NCBI GenBank assembly: GCA_000092065.1 | Contig: CP000593.1 | Origin: Ostreococcus lucimarinus | Taxonomy: Eukaryota | Length of the DNA: 64,000 nucleotides | Direction: 5' to 3' (one strand) | Part shown: in pieces, positions 51,901-61,856 of the stretch | Numbering within the stretch: position 1 is the stretch's first letter | Layout of the letters: every line of letters begins with the position of its first letter | Made by a program: the position numbers and the translations under genes | The notes under the pieces: model-generated | Database searches by the model: none | What the model saw: only the letters and a program-made list of their open reading frames with translations | What the model was told of the DNA's origin: nothing

Positions 51901-53215
51901 CTTTGTGCAAGCCATTCATATCAAGTCTTTCATCCTTCGACACCTCCGGGTTGATGTGCTCTTTCATTTGCGGGACACTTTCGCCGGTCAAGCTCGCTTC
52001 GTTGACGACAGCTGATCCGGCAAGGAGCACGCAGTCGCAAGGAACCGGGACTTCTTCGCCTCCGTTACGCTTAATGGAAATGATATCGCCAGGGTACAGC
52101 TCTTCAGTTGAGTGATCTTCCCATACACCACCACGTCGCACAAGGATGCGCCCAGCTTTTTGACCCATACCCCGCAAAGTGGCGATGTTTCTCTGCCGCG
52201 AAAACGCCGTAGTGCCTTCAAAGATCAACAAGCTCAACGCGCTGAACAGGGCGTACTTCCAGTACTCATCCATGAGCCAAAGGAGTACGGTAAAGATTTG
52301 GAAAACAGTCACCGGACCCGTGAGTTGCTCTTTGTACAAGTTCCAAAACGTGGGAATGTTGACTTGGAGCGCGTTGTCGCCGTATCGTTCATGACTGTGG
52401 TGTACCTCTTCTCCGGAAAGACCTCTCGACTTGACGTAATGCGAAAGCGGTAAATCTTTTGGCGTCTCGATTTCGCGAAGTTCGCCTTGACCTTTGCCGC
52501 GAGCTTCGTCCCACTCAATCTCCACGTACTCGTACCGCTGGCGCTGAAACACGCACCAAAGCATTGTTCGTAAACTACCATCCGCGTCAAACACTCGTAA
52601 GCGCGACACCGGCACGATTTCCGGTTTCCCTTGATGCGCGTGCGGAGTAATGATAAAGTAAGACCCCTCGGTCACGCGGTTGATGGGTTTGTACTGCACG
52701 AAGCACCGAATACGAACGCTCCAATGTTGCGCGAAGAGCAACAACGCGTGCGCCGTCGCGATGGACGCGAACGCCAAAACCGTGGGAAAGTCCGGCAACC
52801 ATCGCGCGGGCAGCGTCGGCGGTACTTCATACTTGACCTCTTCATCCACCGTGGCCCCAGCGTCGTCCTCGCTCGCTTCCGGCTCCCCCGCGTCCCACGC
52901 CCCGCTCGCGTCGTCCCCGCCGTCCCCGCTCGTCCACTCGTCTCGCACTCGCCCTTCGCCAACCCGCGTCTTCTCCACCCCGACCGCATCGAACACCGCG
53001 GGATCGTATCCAGCGTCGATGTGATGCGCCAGCGCCGCCCTGTACGGGTTTCCAGACGTTTCGTAGCACTTTTTCAGCGAGATCGCGTAGAGCACGAAGA
53101 ACGGCAGATGAATCAATCCGACCGCGTTCGCGACGCGGTACCGCCGCGTTCGCGGTCGCGCGTCGTGCACGTGCGCGGGCACGCTCACGCGCAGGTTTCC
53201 ATCGCGCGGCGCCAT
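48950..53215 (-). CDS. P5A-type P-type ATPase (Spf1/ATP13A1/MIA-like)
   Basis: Phosphorylation motif CLFDKTGTITSD. The P5 signature PPDLP lies in the TM4 region SVVPPDLPMQTA. Hinge MCGDGANDVGALKQAHVGVALL, TGES (LTGESVP), and a long C-terminal coiled-coil insert typical of P5A pumps. Confidence 0.85.
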   Translation of the reverse strand: MAPRDGNLRVSVPAHVHDARPRTRRYRVANAVGLIHLPFFVLYAISLKKCYETSGNPYRAALAHHIDAGYDPAVFDAVGVEKTRVGEGRVRDEWTSGDGGDDASGAWDAGEPEASEDDAGATVDEEVKYEVPPTLPARWLPDFPTVLAFASIATAHALLLFAQHWSVRIRCFVQYKPINRVTEGSYFIITPHAHQGKPEIVPVSRLRVFDADGSLRTMLWCVFQRQRYEYVEIEWDEARGKGQGELREIETPKDLPLSHYVKSRGLSGEEVHHSHERYGDNALQVNIPTFWNLYKEQLTGPVTVFQIFTVLLWLMDEYWKYALFSALSLLIFEGTTAFSRQRNIATLRGMGQKAGRILVRRGGVWEDHSTEELYPGDIISIKRNGGEEVPVPCDCVLLAGSAVVNEASLTGESVPQMKEHINPEVSKDERLDMNGLHKVHILYSGTTLMQHTSKTESESSALQVTTPDGGCLCYVLQTGFASTQGKLMRMMEFSSEQVTGDTKETLVLLFILLIFALAASYNVYVKGIADGKRSQYELILRCIMIVTSVVPPDLPMQTAMAVNTALIALVKASVYCTEPFRVPVAGKVDCCLFDKTGTITSDRLVAEGVLSDLTKGAPLKQPVEADKNVSIVIGGCHALLEIDGKTFGDPLEKAALLGIKWKYDPATHLGTPKLDDKITRSWTGAENTSVKILVRNHFASALQRMSVIADVSSNSTVSRWSLVKGSPEMIKSLLKNVPQGYDAAYRGLAEQGMRVIALAHKELSAEESARVGSQSTPLTRDEAESDLVFDGFFAFACKVRADSAEIIHALQASSNNVMMATGDATLTALHVGNEVGIARGGLDGALILARDQLDKLEWQSARVDEHMKPMKVFPYEETSIRELAKEYSLCVTGKSLNVALTASGTLWDNLDQISIYARMSPDDKERVLKRLKTQGKHTLMCGDGANDVGALKQAHVGVALLSGFGSANTKKQEGAATIATKTETFAEKMARVKEQAEKIKADKEKEKLAQAADRAELQVLQTQWYEEELKVRLEAGEKWAQLNAMKVATQRLVQEAKRRQAARSKVAGTGQSLQQVFAELEETDGEVPKVKLGDASMAAPFTSRAPSIKATADIIRQGRCTLVSAIQMQQVLMLSCLISAYSLSVLYLDGVRNSESQMMAAGTALTVAGLAFSYATPVHTLSEVRPLRSIFHPANFLSLFGQLVIHLAAMVYAVHLVKSVTGEELAFPTAEKVAVVSQEVKKAANETQRSFWEQGPPFEPCLLNTVVFLVDTVQRVCVMLVNYKGRPFMLGAMENKSLMGSMASMVIGAFVCAFEVIPWLNKKLQLVSMPDDAFRYKVLGILAGSVIGTVGWDQLMLFIFARDILFASYRDTITAMPTMQDALPFIRRAIIWSIIAIWYVWSEGSVFIMVGAIQAYRRGYI

Positions 53216-53309
53216 TCGTTGGCGCGCGAACGACGCGTCGATGTGACGCCTTCGCTGCTCCGCGACCTTTCGTCACAGCGCGACGGCGCCGCGCGCGAGA
53301 CGACGCGCG

Positions 53310-54926
53310 ATGGCGTCTCTCGCGATTCGAGACGCCGTGCGCGCGCACGGCGCGCGCGCGCGACTCGCGCGCGCGCTCGCGCGACGGCGCGCGGGCGCGA
53401 CGACGGGCGCGCGCGGTGCGACGACGACGACAGCGACGGCGACGACGACGCGCGGTGCGCGCGATGGCGTGGACGCGCGACGGTGCCGAGGGATGAACGA
53501 CGCGGCGAAGGCGGCGTTGGATGCGTCGGCGCGCGCGCGCGCGAGCGCGAGCGCGAGCGCGAGCGCGGGGCCGGTGGTGTACTGGTGCGACCGGGACAGG
53601 CGGTGCGCGAATAACGACGCGCTGGGACGAGCGATGGAATTGGCGAACGAAAGGCGCGTCCCGCTCGTCGTGGCGATGCACGTGGGGACAGATTTGAGCG
53701 GGAGCGGCATCGGAGGCGCGCGCAGGGCGGTGTTCGCGCTGAAGGGGTTGAAGGAATTGGATGAGGATTTGCGAGCGCGAGGAGTGTCGACGCGAACGAC
53801 GACGGGAAGCGACGTCGCGGGAGGAATCGTGGAGACGTGCGAGACGCTGAATGCGAGTGCGGTCGTGTGTGACTTTTCGCCGTTGCGAGAGGGGCGTGCG
53901 GCGAGGGAAGCGGTGGCGCGTGTGGTGGAGGTTCCGGTGATTGAAGTGGACGCGCACAACGTCGTGCCGGCGTGGGTGACGAGCGATAAGCAAGAGTACG
54001 CGGCGAGAACGATTCGGCCGAAGATTCATCGAAATCTCGGGGATTTTCTCACCGCACCGCAAGCGTTAGATGATCTCATCGCCGCGCCGGACGCGTTGAC
54101 GCCAAGTGAGACGGATTGGGACGCATTGATTGACACCGCGCGCGTCAAGGGCGCGCACGTCCCAGAGGTTGACTGGATCAAACCGGGTGAACGTGCCGCC
54201 TTAGCCGCGCTGCTCGATCCGAATGTCGACTCTTTCCTCCCACAGCGATTGACACTCTACGGGGAGCGAAACAAGCCGACGTCGCCGCGCGCCGTGTCTC
54301 GCCTCTCGCCGTACTTGAATCACGGCCAGCTGTCGCCACGTCGCGCCGCGTGGGAAGCTGCGCAACTTCGGGGAATCGTAGACGACGAGGCGATCGATAG
54401 CTACTTGGAAGAGCTCATCGTTCGAAGGGAATTATCAGACAACTATTGTCTCTTCAATCCGTATTACGACTCGTTGCAAGGAGCGAGTCAATGGGCGCAA
54501 GATTCACTGAGTTTGCACGCCCGCGACGTTCGCGAGTACGTGTACGATTACAAAACACTCGAGCGTGGCAACACGCACGACGAGCTTTGGAACGCGGCTC
54601 AGAAAGAATTATACCATCTCGGACGAATGCATGGGTTCATGAGAATGTACTGGGCGAAGAAGATTCTTGAGTGGACGCCGTCGCCGGAGGTGGCCCTGCA
54701 GACGGCGATTCAACTCAACGACGCTTACGCGTTAGACGGTCTCGATCCCAACGGCTACGTTGGTTGTATGTGGAGCATTGCCGGTGTGCACGATCAAGGA
54801 TGGAAAGAGCGCGCGGTGTTCGGTAAAGTGCGGTATATGAATTACGCCGGTTGCAAGAGAAAGTTTCAAATCCAAGATTACGTAGCGGCGGTCGACGCTG
54901 AGATAAGCGGAATAGGTCGCAAATAG
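53310..54926 (+). CDS. PHR: class II CPD photolyase (deoxyribodipyrimidine photolyase)
   Basis: The N-terminal alpha/beta domain is VVYWCDRDRRCANNDAL...VPLVVAM. The FAD-binding domain shows LSPYLNHGQLSP, LEELIVRRELSDNYC, GFMRMYWAKKILEW and GKVRYMNYAGCKRKFQIQDYVAAV. The start may be the internal MNDAAKA, at about 53493. Confidence 0.85.
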   Translation: MASLAIRDAVRAHGARARLARALARRRAGATTGARGATTTTATATTTRGARDGVDARRCRGMNDAAKAALDASARARASASASASAGPVVYWCDRDRRCANNDALGRAMELANERRVPLVVAMHVGTDLSGSGIGGARRAVFALKGLKELDEDLRARGVSTRTTTGSDVAGGIVETCETLNASAVVCDFSPLREGRAAREAVARVVEVPVIEVDAHNVVPAWVTSDKQEYAARTIRPKIHRNLGDFLTAPQALDDLIAAPDALTPSETDWDALIDTARVKGAHVPEVDWIKPGERAALAALLDPNVDSFLPQRLTLYGERNKPTSPRAVSRLSPYLNHGQLSPRRAAWEAAQLRGIVDDEAIDSYLEELIVRRELSDNYCLFNPYYDSLQGASQWAQDSLSLHARDVREYVYDYKTLERGNTHDELWNAAQKELYHLGRMHGFMRMYWAKKILEWTPSPEVALQTAIQLNDAYALDGLDPNGYVGCMWSIAGVHDQGWKERAVFGKVRYMNYAGCKRKFQIQDYVAAVDAEISGIGRK

Positions 54927-55011
54927 GACAGCAATCTTTGTTATTCTTAGAGATTTTAGGTAGAAACGTTACAATCACTAGCGACGTACTACTGACACAC
55001 GACGTACATAC

Positions 55012-56400
55012 TTACGGTGCGCCTTCGGCGGAGCAAAGGAAAGGATCTAAAGGCTTCCCAAGCGCATACACAATGAAACCAATGTCCTTCAACTTCTGGT
55101 GGTCCAAGATGAGGCGGCCGTCGAACACAAAGGCCGGCTTTTGCATGACGCCATAGATCGCTTCCCAGTCGTACGTCTTGAACTCGTCCCATTCCGTCAT
55201 AATGCACACGGCGTGCGCACCAGTCAAAGACTCAGTGTGAGTCTTGCAGCACGTGATGGATTTCATCGCTTCCTCGCCCATGTCCAACGCGATTTGCGCC
55301 GCAGCAACCTTCGGGTCATAAATATTGAGCTTCGCACCGTCTTCGATGAGGCCGTGACCGACGTCGATAGCCGGAGACTCACGAGTATCACCCGTATCTT
55401 TCTTAAAAGCGTAACCGAGCATTGAAATCTTCTTGCCGCTGATCGTGTTGAACATGGCGGAAATCATGCGCTTGACGAAGCGGCTCTTTTGGTAGTCGTT
55501 CATGCCGACAACGCTGTGCCAGTACTCCGCCACTTCCGGCAAGCCGTGGCACTCACAAATGTATGCCAAGTTTAAGATATCCTTTTGGAAGCACGAGCCA
55601 CCGAAACCGACCGAGGCGTTCAAAAATTTGGAGCCGATACGCGTGTCGGTGCCGATGGCGTGCGAAACTTGCTGGACATCCGCGCCGGTCGCTTCACAAA
55701 GCGCGCTCATGGCGTTGATGGAAGAAATGCGCTGCGCCAAGAATGCGTTCGCAGCGAGCTTTGAGAGCTCGGCAGACCACAAGTTAGCGGTCAGAATGTT
55801 CTCTTTCGGTACCCAGTTGGAGTACACGCCTACGAGCGCGTCCACCGCCGCTTGACCTTTGGCGTTTTCAATCTTACCCCCGATCAACACGCGATCGGGC
55901 GCATCCAAGTCTACAATGGCCGTACCTTCGGCCAAGAATTCTGGGTTGGACAAGATGTCGAATCGCACGCCGTCGTGCGGGCAGTTGCGCTGGAGCACCT
56001 TTTCAATGGCCTCCGCCGTTCGCACGGGCACCGTAGACTTCTCAACGATGATCTTATCACTCTCGGAGCACGCCGCGATGGTGCGCGCCGCCAACTCCCA
56101 GTACGTCAAATCCGCCGCCTTACCTTTTCCTAAACCAGTCTTCTTCGTCGGCGTGTTCACGGAGACGAAAATCATCTCGCAGTCTCGAATAGCCCCTTCG
56201 ACATCCGTCGAAAAGAACAAGTTCTTCCCTCTGCACTCGAACACGATCTCATCCAACCCGGGCTCATAAATCGGCAGCTCGCTCGAGTTCCACGCGTCGA
56301 TCCTCGGCTGCGAGATGTCCACCACCGTGACCGAGATCTGCGGGCACTTCTTCGCGATCATCGCCATCGTCGGCCCGCCCACGTATCCCGCGCCGATGCA
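55012..56400 (-). CDS. UGDH: UDP-glucose 6-dehydrogenase
   Basis: (V)[30 protein letters not shown]ossmann N-terminus, [14 protein letters not shown] around the catalytic Cys, and the C-terminal UDP-binding domain. The track start at 56382 is a GTG codon, and no in-frame ATG precedes the conserved [10 protein letters not shown]. Confidence 0.85.
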   Translation of the reverse strand, partial: CIGAGYVGGPTMAMIAKKCPQISVTVVDISQPRIDAWNSSELPIYEPGLDEIVFECRGKNLFFSTDVEGAIRDCEMIFVSVNTPTKKTGLGKGKAADLTYWELAARTIAACSESDKIIVEKSTVPVRTAEAIEKVLQRNCPHDGVRFDILSNPEFLAEGTAIVDLDAPDRVLIGGKIENAKGQAAVDALVGVYSNWVPKENILTANLWSAELSKLAANAFLAQRISSINAMSALCEATGADVQQVSHAIGTDTRIGSKFLNASVGFGGSCFQKDILNLAYICECHGLPEVAEYWHSVVGMNDYQKSRFVKRMISAMFNTISGKKISMLGYAFKKDTGDTRESPAIDVGHGLIEDGAKLNIYDPKVAAAQIALDMGEEAMKSITCCKTHTESLTGAHAVCIMTEWDEFKTYDWEAIYGVMQKPAFVFDGRLILDHQKLKDIGFIVYALGKPLDPFLCSAEGAP

Positions 56401-56912
56401 ACATACTGCGTCGTCCCCGAAACCGCGCGCGTCGTCAGTCCTTCGTCCTCGCGCGCCTCCATTCGCACCGTCGCGCGCTCTCCCATCTTTCGCGCCCGTC
56501 CCAACGCTCTCCCGTCGCCGTCGTCGCGTCTCCGGTCGTCGCCGCGTCTCGCGGATGGTTTCCGGACATCTTTCCGACGACCGTCGCGATCGCCCTCGTC
56601 GCGTCGTCTCGCGCGTCGCGTCGTCTCGCGTCGCGTCGCGTCGCGTCGCTCGCGTCGTTCTTCACGCACTCGTCGTGATCGGCCTCGTCATGCCGCGATC
56701 GCGTCGCGTCGCGTCGTCGCGCGCGCGCGTGTGCGGGGCGACCGGATCGCGCGCGCCTCCGAGGCGTCGATGTCGTGTGGGTAAACAGTCCGACGTCGCG
56801 GTCGGTCGTGTATTGGCACCGCGCGCGGGTGTGATTTCGAATTCGATTTCGAAATCGACCTCGCGCGTCGCCGGCGCCGACCGACGCGCGGCGCGCGACA
56901 CCGACGCGCGCG

Positions 56913-58190
56913 ATGGCGACGGCGACGACGACGACGACGGCGCGCGCGATGCCGTCGCGATGGCGCGCGCGCGCGACGACGCGAACGAACGCGAGGGCGA
57001 ACGCGAGGGCGAGCGCGGCGGCGGACGAGCGGTACGCGATGCGCGGCGTGAGCGCGTCCAAGGAGGACGTGCACGCGGCGATAAAGAAGGTGGACAAGGG
57101 ATTGTTCCCGAAGGCGTTCTGTAAGATCGTGGAGGACATCGCTGGGGACGAGGCGTACTGCACGTGCATGCACGCGGACGGCGCGGGGACGAAGACGAGC
57201 CTGGCGTACGCGTACTGGAGAGAGACGGGAGATTTGGGAGTGTGGCGAGGAATCGCGCAGGATTCGATCGTGATGAACACGGATGATTTGTTGTGCGTCG
57301 GGTGCGTGGATAACATATTCGTCTCGAGCACGATCGGGAGGAATAAGGCTTTGATTCCGGGGGAGGTGCTGAGCGCGCTCATCAACGGGACGGAGGAGGT
57401 TTTGGAGACTTTGCGCGAGTGTGGGGTCGGGGTGAAGTCCACGGGAGGTGAAACCGCGGATTTGGGTGATTTAGTGCGCACGGTGGTGGTGGACACCACG
57501 GTCACGGCGCGCATGCGAAGAGACGCGGTGGTGAGTAACGACAACATTCGCGCCGGAGACGTCGTCGTCGGTTTGGCGTCGTTCGGTCAAGCGACGTACG
57601 AGAGCGAGTACAACGGCGGAATGGGAAGCAACGGATTGACGTCTGCTCGACACGACGTGTTTGCGAAGAATTTGGCGGAAAAATATCCGGAAACGTTCGA
57701 TCCGAACGTACCCGAATCGTTGGTGTACAGCGGCAAGTATCAGCTCACCGACGTCGAGCCGGAAACCGGCGTGACGGTTGGCAAGTTGGTGCTCAGTCCG
57801 ACGCGAACGTACGCCCCCGTGGTGAAAGCCGTGCTCGATGCCATGGACGTGAGGGATATTCACGGCATGGTGCACTGCAGCGGCGGCGCGCAGTCCAAGG
57901 TTGGACACTTTCTCCTCGACGGCTTGCGCGTCGTCAAGGATAACATGTTCCCCATTCCCCCGCTCTTCCGCTTGATCCAGGAGTGCTCCAACACCGAATG
58001 GAGCGAGATGTACAAAGTGTTCAACTGCGGACATCGTCTCGAGTTTTACTGCTCCCCCGAACACGCGCAAAAGATTATCGATATTAGCCAGAGCTTTAAC
58101 ATCGACGCCCGCGTCGTCGGCAGAGTCGAAGCCAAGGATGGCAAGTCTGAAGTCGTGGTGAAGAGTGAATACGGTGAGTTTACGTATTAA
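56913..58190 (+). CDS. PurM-superfamily (AIR synthase-related) protein of uncertain specificity
   Basis: HADGAGTKTSLAY (compare PurM DGVGTK), a central GGETADLGD and a C-terminal CSGGAQSKV (compare PurM-like GGGxxxN). The N-terminus has Thr/Ala/Arg presequence-like repeats. Confidence 0.5.
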   Translation: MATATTTTTARAMPSRWRARATTRTNARANARASAAADERYAMRGVSASKEDVHAAIKKVDKGLFPKAFCKIVEDIAGDEAYCTCMHADGAGTKTSLAYAYWRETGDLGVWRGIAQDSIVMNTDDLLCVGCVDNIFVSSTIGRNKALIPGEVLSALINGTEEVLETLRECGVGVKSTGGETADLGDLVRTVVVDTTVTARMRRDAVVSNDNIRAGDVVVGLASFGQATYESEYNGGMGSNGLTSARHDVFAKNLAEKYPETFDPNVPESLVYSGKYQLTDVEPETGVTVGKLVLSPTRTYAPVVKAVLDAMDVRDIHGMVHCSGGAQSKVGHFLLDGLRVVKDNMFPIPPLFRLIQECSNTEWSEMYKVFNCGHRLEFYCSPEHAQKIIDISQSFNIDARVVGRVEAKDGKSEVVVKSEYGEFTY

Positions 58191-58212
58191 TACGTAATAT
58201 AAAATCAAAAAT

Positions 58213-58932
58213 CTAAACCACCCCTTGTTTCGTCGTCCCCGTCGGGCGATCCTGCTTGCCCTCGGCGATTTCCTTTGCCTTGCGCGCGTCGCGCCGCGCT
58301 CGCAACTCTTCGATGCTCACCCCTCGAAGCTCGCGCCTGTAAAACAACAACCAATTCGCCACCTGCGCTCGACGCGTCATGTTCGGCGTCAACCCTTCCA
58401 TCTTAAACCCTTTCCATCCCAACGGCGTGAGCGTCGTCTTAATCCCTTGCTTGTGTTCCTCCGGCACCGACCGCGTCAACGCCGCGCACGCCACCTTCAC
58501 CGGCGCGTCAATCTTCGGATCGTACTTCCTCGTCACCCCGATCACGTCCGGTGGTTCGGGATAACTTTTCGCCCAATTCGGAAACACCTCATCCGGCGTC
58601 CACACCTCGTTCGCCGTGAGCGTCTCCGCGTCCAGCTCCACGCGCGAGCGATAGCCCAGCGCGTTCCACACCAGCCGGTTCACCTCCTCATCCGCGAGCT
58701 CCGAGCGCACGATCGACAGCAGCACCTCGTTCGACAGCGGGTCCGCCCCATCGCGCGCGTCGTCCCACGGCTTCGCGCCCCACTCGTCCTCACCAGCGCG
58801 CGTCTCGACGCGTCTTCGTCCCGAGGGCGTTCGCACCGCGGCGGCGCGTCGCGGCGTCGCGCGTCGCGTCGTCGTCGCGTCGCGCGTCGCGCGTCGCAGC
58901 GTCGTCGCGGACGTCGTCGTCGAGCTCGCCAT
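58213..58932 (-). CDS. hypothetical conserved protein (start uncertain; the track ORF extends to 59307)
   Basis: The C-terminal 200 aa have ordinary composition (LLSIVRSELADEEVNRLVWNALGYRS...GWKGFKMEGLTPNMTRRAQVANWLLFYRREL). No motif was recognised. Confidence 0.35.
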   Translation of the reverse strand: MASSTTTSATTLRRATRDATTTRRATPRRAAAVRTPSGRRRVETRAGEDEWGAKPWDDARDGADPLSNEVLLSIVRSELADEEVNRLVWNALGYRSRVELDAETLTANEVWTPDEVFPNWAKSYPEPPDVIGVTRKYDPKIDAPVKVACAALTRSVPEEHKQGIKTTLTPLGWKGFKMEGLTPNMTRRAQVANWLLFYRRELRGVSIEELRARRDARKAKEIAEGKQDRPTGTTKQGVV

Positions 58933-59062
58933 CGCGCGTCGTCGCTCGCGCGCGTCGTCGTCGAGCGGGCGCGTCGAGGTGTCCCGAGCCGTCCCGGCGC
59001 CGTCGCGACGCCGTCCGCACACGCGCGCGCGCGTCCGCGAGCGCACGTCGCGCGCTCGAGCG

Positions 59063-61150
59063 ATGGAGTGGACGACGCGCGACGTCGCCGCGGACCCGCG
59101 CGCGACGCGCGCGCGCTGGACGCGCTCGGCGGCGGAAACATCGTCCGGGAGCGGTGCGGACGATGGATTCTTCGCGTCGTGGTCGACGCCCGTGTTCGTC
59201 GTCGCGGCGTGCGTCGCGGCGCTCGCCGTGGCGCGATTCGCCGATCGTCGGGTCGGCGCGGCCGTGCGCGCGCACTGTTTCGTCGCGTGGACGCTGGCGC
59301 TGATCATGGTGGGGATCGTGCCGACGGATGTGACGGCGACGCTGCGCGCGGGAGAGGCGCCGCGCGGGTTGGACGCGACGTGGGACGTCGCGTACTGGAG
59401 TACGTACGCGCTGACGTGGATCGTGCTGCCGCTGCACCAGTGTTACGTGGACGCGGCGGATTTTTCGTCCGTGGGACGATTGAAGAGAGCGGCGCGGGAG
59501 AACGCGATGTTTTTGGGAATCGCGGCGACGGCGATGTTCGTGGGCGCGGCGGCGCTGTTGGCGACCGAGTCGCTGTCTTTGGACGCGATGCGCGCGTATG
59601 GGATCGTGGTGGCGAACGTGTGGGGTATTTCGACCGGGGTTTTACTCATGGGGTTTGGTTTGGTGGACGTGCCGCGGGCGATTTGGCGGCGAGCGGCGTT
59701 TAATAATCGTCTCACGCGGTCGTACAAGCGCGTCGCCGGAGTGTCGCGGGCGCTCGGTAACGCTCACGCGCGCTTGGCACGGCAAGTTGTGGCGGTAACG
59801 ACGACGAGTCGAGTGATGCCACGGCGACATAGTTTGCGTTGGGCGATGAGCGTCATCGAAAACGAGACGCCAGAGTTCTCAGAAATGCACCGAGGAAGCT
59901 TAGATGAAGCGTTGGACGCGACAGAGGAAGACGTGCTGGATTACGATTACGATGAGTTGAACGATTTAGTTGCGCTGCGTCGCGCGGTTCGCCGTTCGCT
60001 GAGGCAGTACGATCGCACTAAGGCGCAGTACGTGATAGCGGTGAAGGATGCGTTTGAAGCGGAAGCCGCCGAGCAATCGCGGGCATCGTCAACTCGACGA
60101 TTGCATCGCCCGCCAAACTCGGTATCTCGTAGCGGCTCGCTCGGAAAGTGTATGGATGATGTGCAGTACACGTGGTCGATCGTCATCGTGCCCGTCCTCT
60201 TGAGAGTCATCGCCACTGGTTTGGCCTTTTTTTCGGTATCCATCATCATCGCAGAGAGCAGTATTTGGATCGGGAAACTGTGGGAAGAGGCGGATCAGAT
60301 ATCTCTTTTGAGCGTGATGCTGGAAAACGCTGAAGATTCGACATCGGGTTTGACCTCCATGCACGTCGTCGTGGCGTTTCCGCTCGCTTACATGTGCCTT
60401 TGCACGTTTCATTCCCTCCACAAGCTGGGCATGTTTTCGTTTTACACGCTCGTGCCTCGACACACGGATGCGTTTTCGCTCTTGGTGAACGCGAGTCTGG
60501 TATGCCGTTACTCAGCGCCGCTGAGTTTCAACTTTCTCATGCTTTTGCCCATTATTCGCGCGAGTGGCAAGATGACAACCTTCTCACGGAAGATGGCCAA
60601 CAACGTCCCAGAGCTCGCGGGTGAGCTGAACATCATCGTGCCCACGTTTTTGGGCTTGTACTGCGTCGCCATCGCCCTCGGCTGGTTCGACCGCATCGCA
60701 CGCGTACTCAACGTGGAGGGGTTTAAATTCGATAGCGACAAAGACGTGAATGAGAGCACGGAAACTGGAAAGTCAATCGTAGACAGGGAACGCGCCGAAG
60801 TCATGGACGGCGCCGAAATCGGAAGCTCGCACGAATCTTTCGTCTCTGAGACTGCGCCTCGCGAGCAAAGGCTTCCGCCAATTGCTTCGAATAGTAACGA
60901 GTGGAACGACGTCGAGCACGACGCTCGAGGAGGTCTGCTATCGACCTATCCCGATCCGGAATCCGCGAGCGCACGGTGGGAGACGCAAAAAGCCCGTCTC
61001 GCCCAAGCCACGCAAGCGAGCGCCGCAAGAGCCGTACCGCGCGGGTCGCCGCTCTCGCGAACTGGTCGAGACAAAGTGAGCGAACTCGACTTCATGTTCT
61101 CGAACCTCGGTCGCCGCAGCAGCGGCGGTGAATCGTTCTCGGATGAATGA
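59063..61150 (+). CDS. LMBR1-like (LIMR family) multi-pass membrane protein
   Basis: WSTYALTWIVLPLHQCYVDAADFSSVGRLKRAARENAMF matches the LMBR1 N-terminal block. There are about nine TM segments, a central cytosolic coiled region, and the second TM bundle (LLPIIRASGKMTTFS...). Confidence 0.6.
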   Translation: MEWTTRDVAADPRATRARWTRSAAETSSGSGADDGFFASWSTPVFVVAACVAALAVARFADRRVGAAVRAHCFVAWTLALIMVGIVPTDVTATLRAGEAPRGLDATWDVAYWSTYALTWIVLPLHQCYVDAADFSSVGRLKRAARENAMFLGIAATAMFVGAAALLATESLSLDAMRAYGIVVANVWGISTGVLLMGFGLVDVPRAIWRRAAFNNRLTRSYKRVAGVSRALGNAHARLARQVVAVTTTSRVMPRRHSLRWAMSVIENETPEFSEMHRGSLDEALDATEEDVLDYDYDELNDLVALRRAVRRSLRQYDRTKAQYVIAVKDAFEAEAAEQSRASSTRRLHRPPNSVSRSGSLGKCMDDVQYTWSIVIVPVLLRVIATGLAFFSVSIIIAESSIWIGKLWEEADQISLLSVMLENAEDSTSGLTSMHVVVAFPLAYMCLCTFHSLHKLGMFSFYTLVPRHTDAFSLLVNASLVCRYSAPLSFNFLMLLPIIRASGKMTTFSRKMANNVPELAGELNIIVPTFLGLYCVAIALGWFDRIARVLNVEGFKFDSDKDVNESTETGKSIVDRERAEVMDGAEIGSSHESFVSETAPREQRLPPIASNSNEWNDVEHDARGGLLSTYPDPESASARWETQKARLAQATQASAARAVPRGSPLSRTGRDKVSELDFMFSNLGRRSSGGESFSDE

Positions 61151-61208
61151 ATATATTGTTGCAACATCGCTCGCGCGCCTAGATAAAATTACACCCCTCT
61201 ACGACAGC

Positions 61209-61856
61209 CTACTCCTCCGGCAACAGCGCCAGCGCGTGCCCATCGACGCACACCGTCCCACACTTCACTTTCCGCACCACCGTCTCGTACCGCGCCCTCG
61301 TTCCCGATCGTTTCACCAATTTCAACTCAATCTCCAGCTCCTCGTCCACGCGCACCGGTTCCCTGAATTTCAACTCTTGGCTCGCGTACACCGTCCCCGG
61401 CCTCGCGCGCGCCAGCAGCGCCCCGAACGCGCTCGCCGCCAGCATTCCGTGCACCGCGCGTCCTCGCAATCGATTCTCGCCGTCACCCACCGCGCCGTCG
61501 TCGAAGTGAATCGGATTCTCATCGCCCGTCAACCGCGCGAACGCCGCGCAATCGTCCGCCGTGAACGTCCTGCGCTCGCGCAGCGCGTCCGCGCGCGTCG
61601 ACGACGTCGCGGACATCCCGCGCCGCGCCGCGGACGACCGCGCGAGCGCGCGCGCGACGATTCGCGCGCGCATCACCGTCGGTCGCGCGACACAGCGCCG
61701 CGCGCCGGCGTCTGCGGCGTCGCGCGATGTCCGCGTCGGTCGACGCGCGCGCGCGCGCGCCGACGACGCGGTGGACATCGCGCGCGACGACGCGCGCGGC
61801 GACGAACGGCGCGGCGCGCGCGCGGCGAAGGAGTCGCGAGGGAATCGCGCGGGCAT
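61209..61856 (-). CDS. MaoC-like (R)-specific enoyl-CoA hydratase / hydroxyacyl-thioester dehydratase (hotdog fold)
   Basis: FARLTGDENPIHFDD...GRAVHGMLAASAF, with a presequence-like Arg/Ser/Ala N-terminus. Confidence 0.65.
   Translation of the reverse strand: MPARFPRDSFAARAPRRSSPRASSRAMSTASSARARARRPTRTSRDAADAGARRCVARPTVMRARIVARALARSSAARRGMSATSSTRADALRERRTFTADDCAAFARLTGDENPIHFDDGAVGDGENRLRGRAVHGMLAASAFGALLARARPGTVYASQELKFREPVRVDEELEIELKLVKRSGTRARYETVVRKVKCGTVCVDGHALALLPEE

Noticed and set aside
52842-54062. A 406-aa minus-strand ORF spanning the P5A/photolyase promoter and the photolyase N-terminus
   Set aside because: It has poly-Arg composition and is antisense to the photolyase domain.
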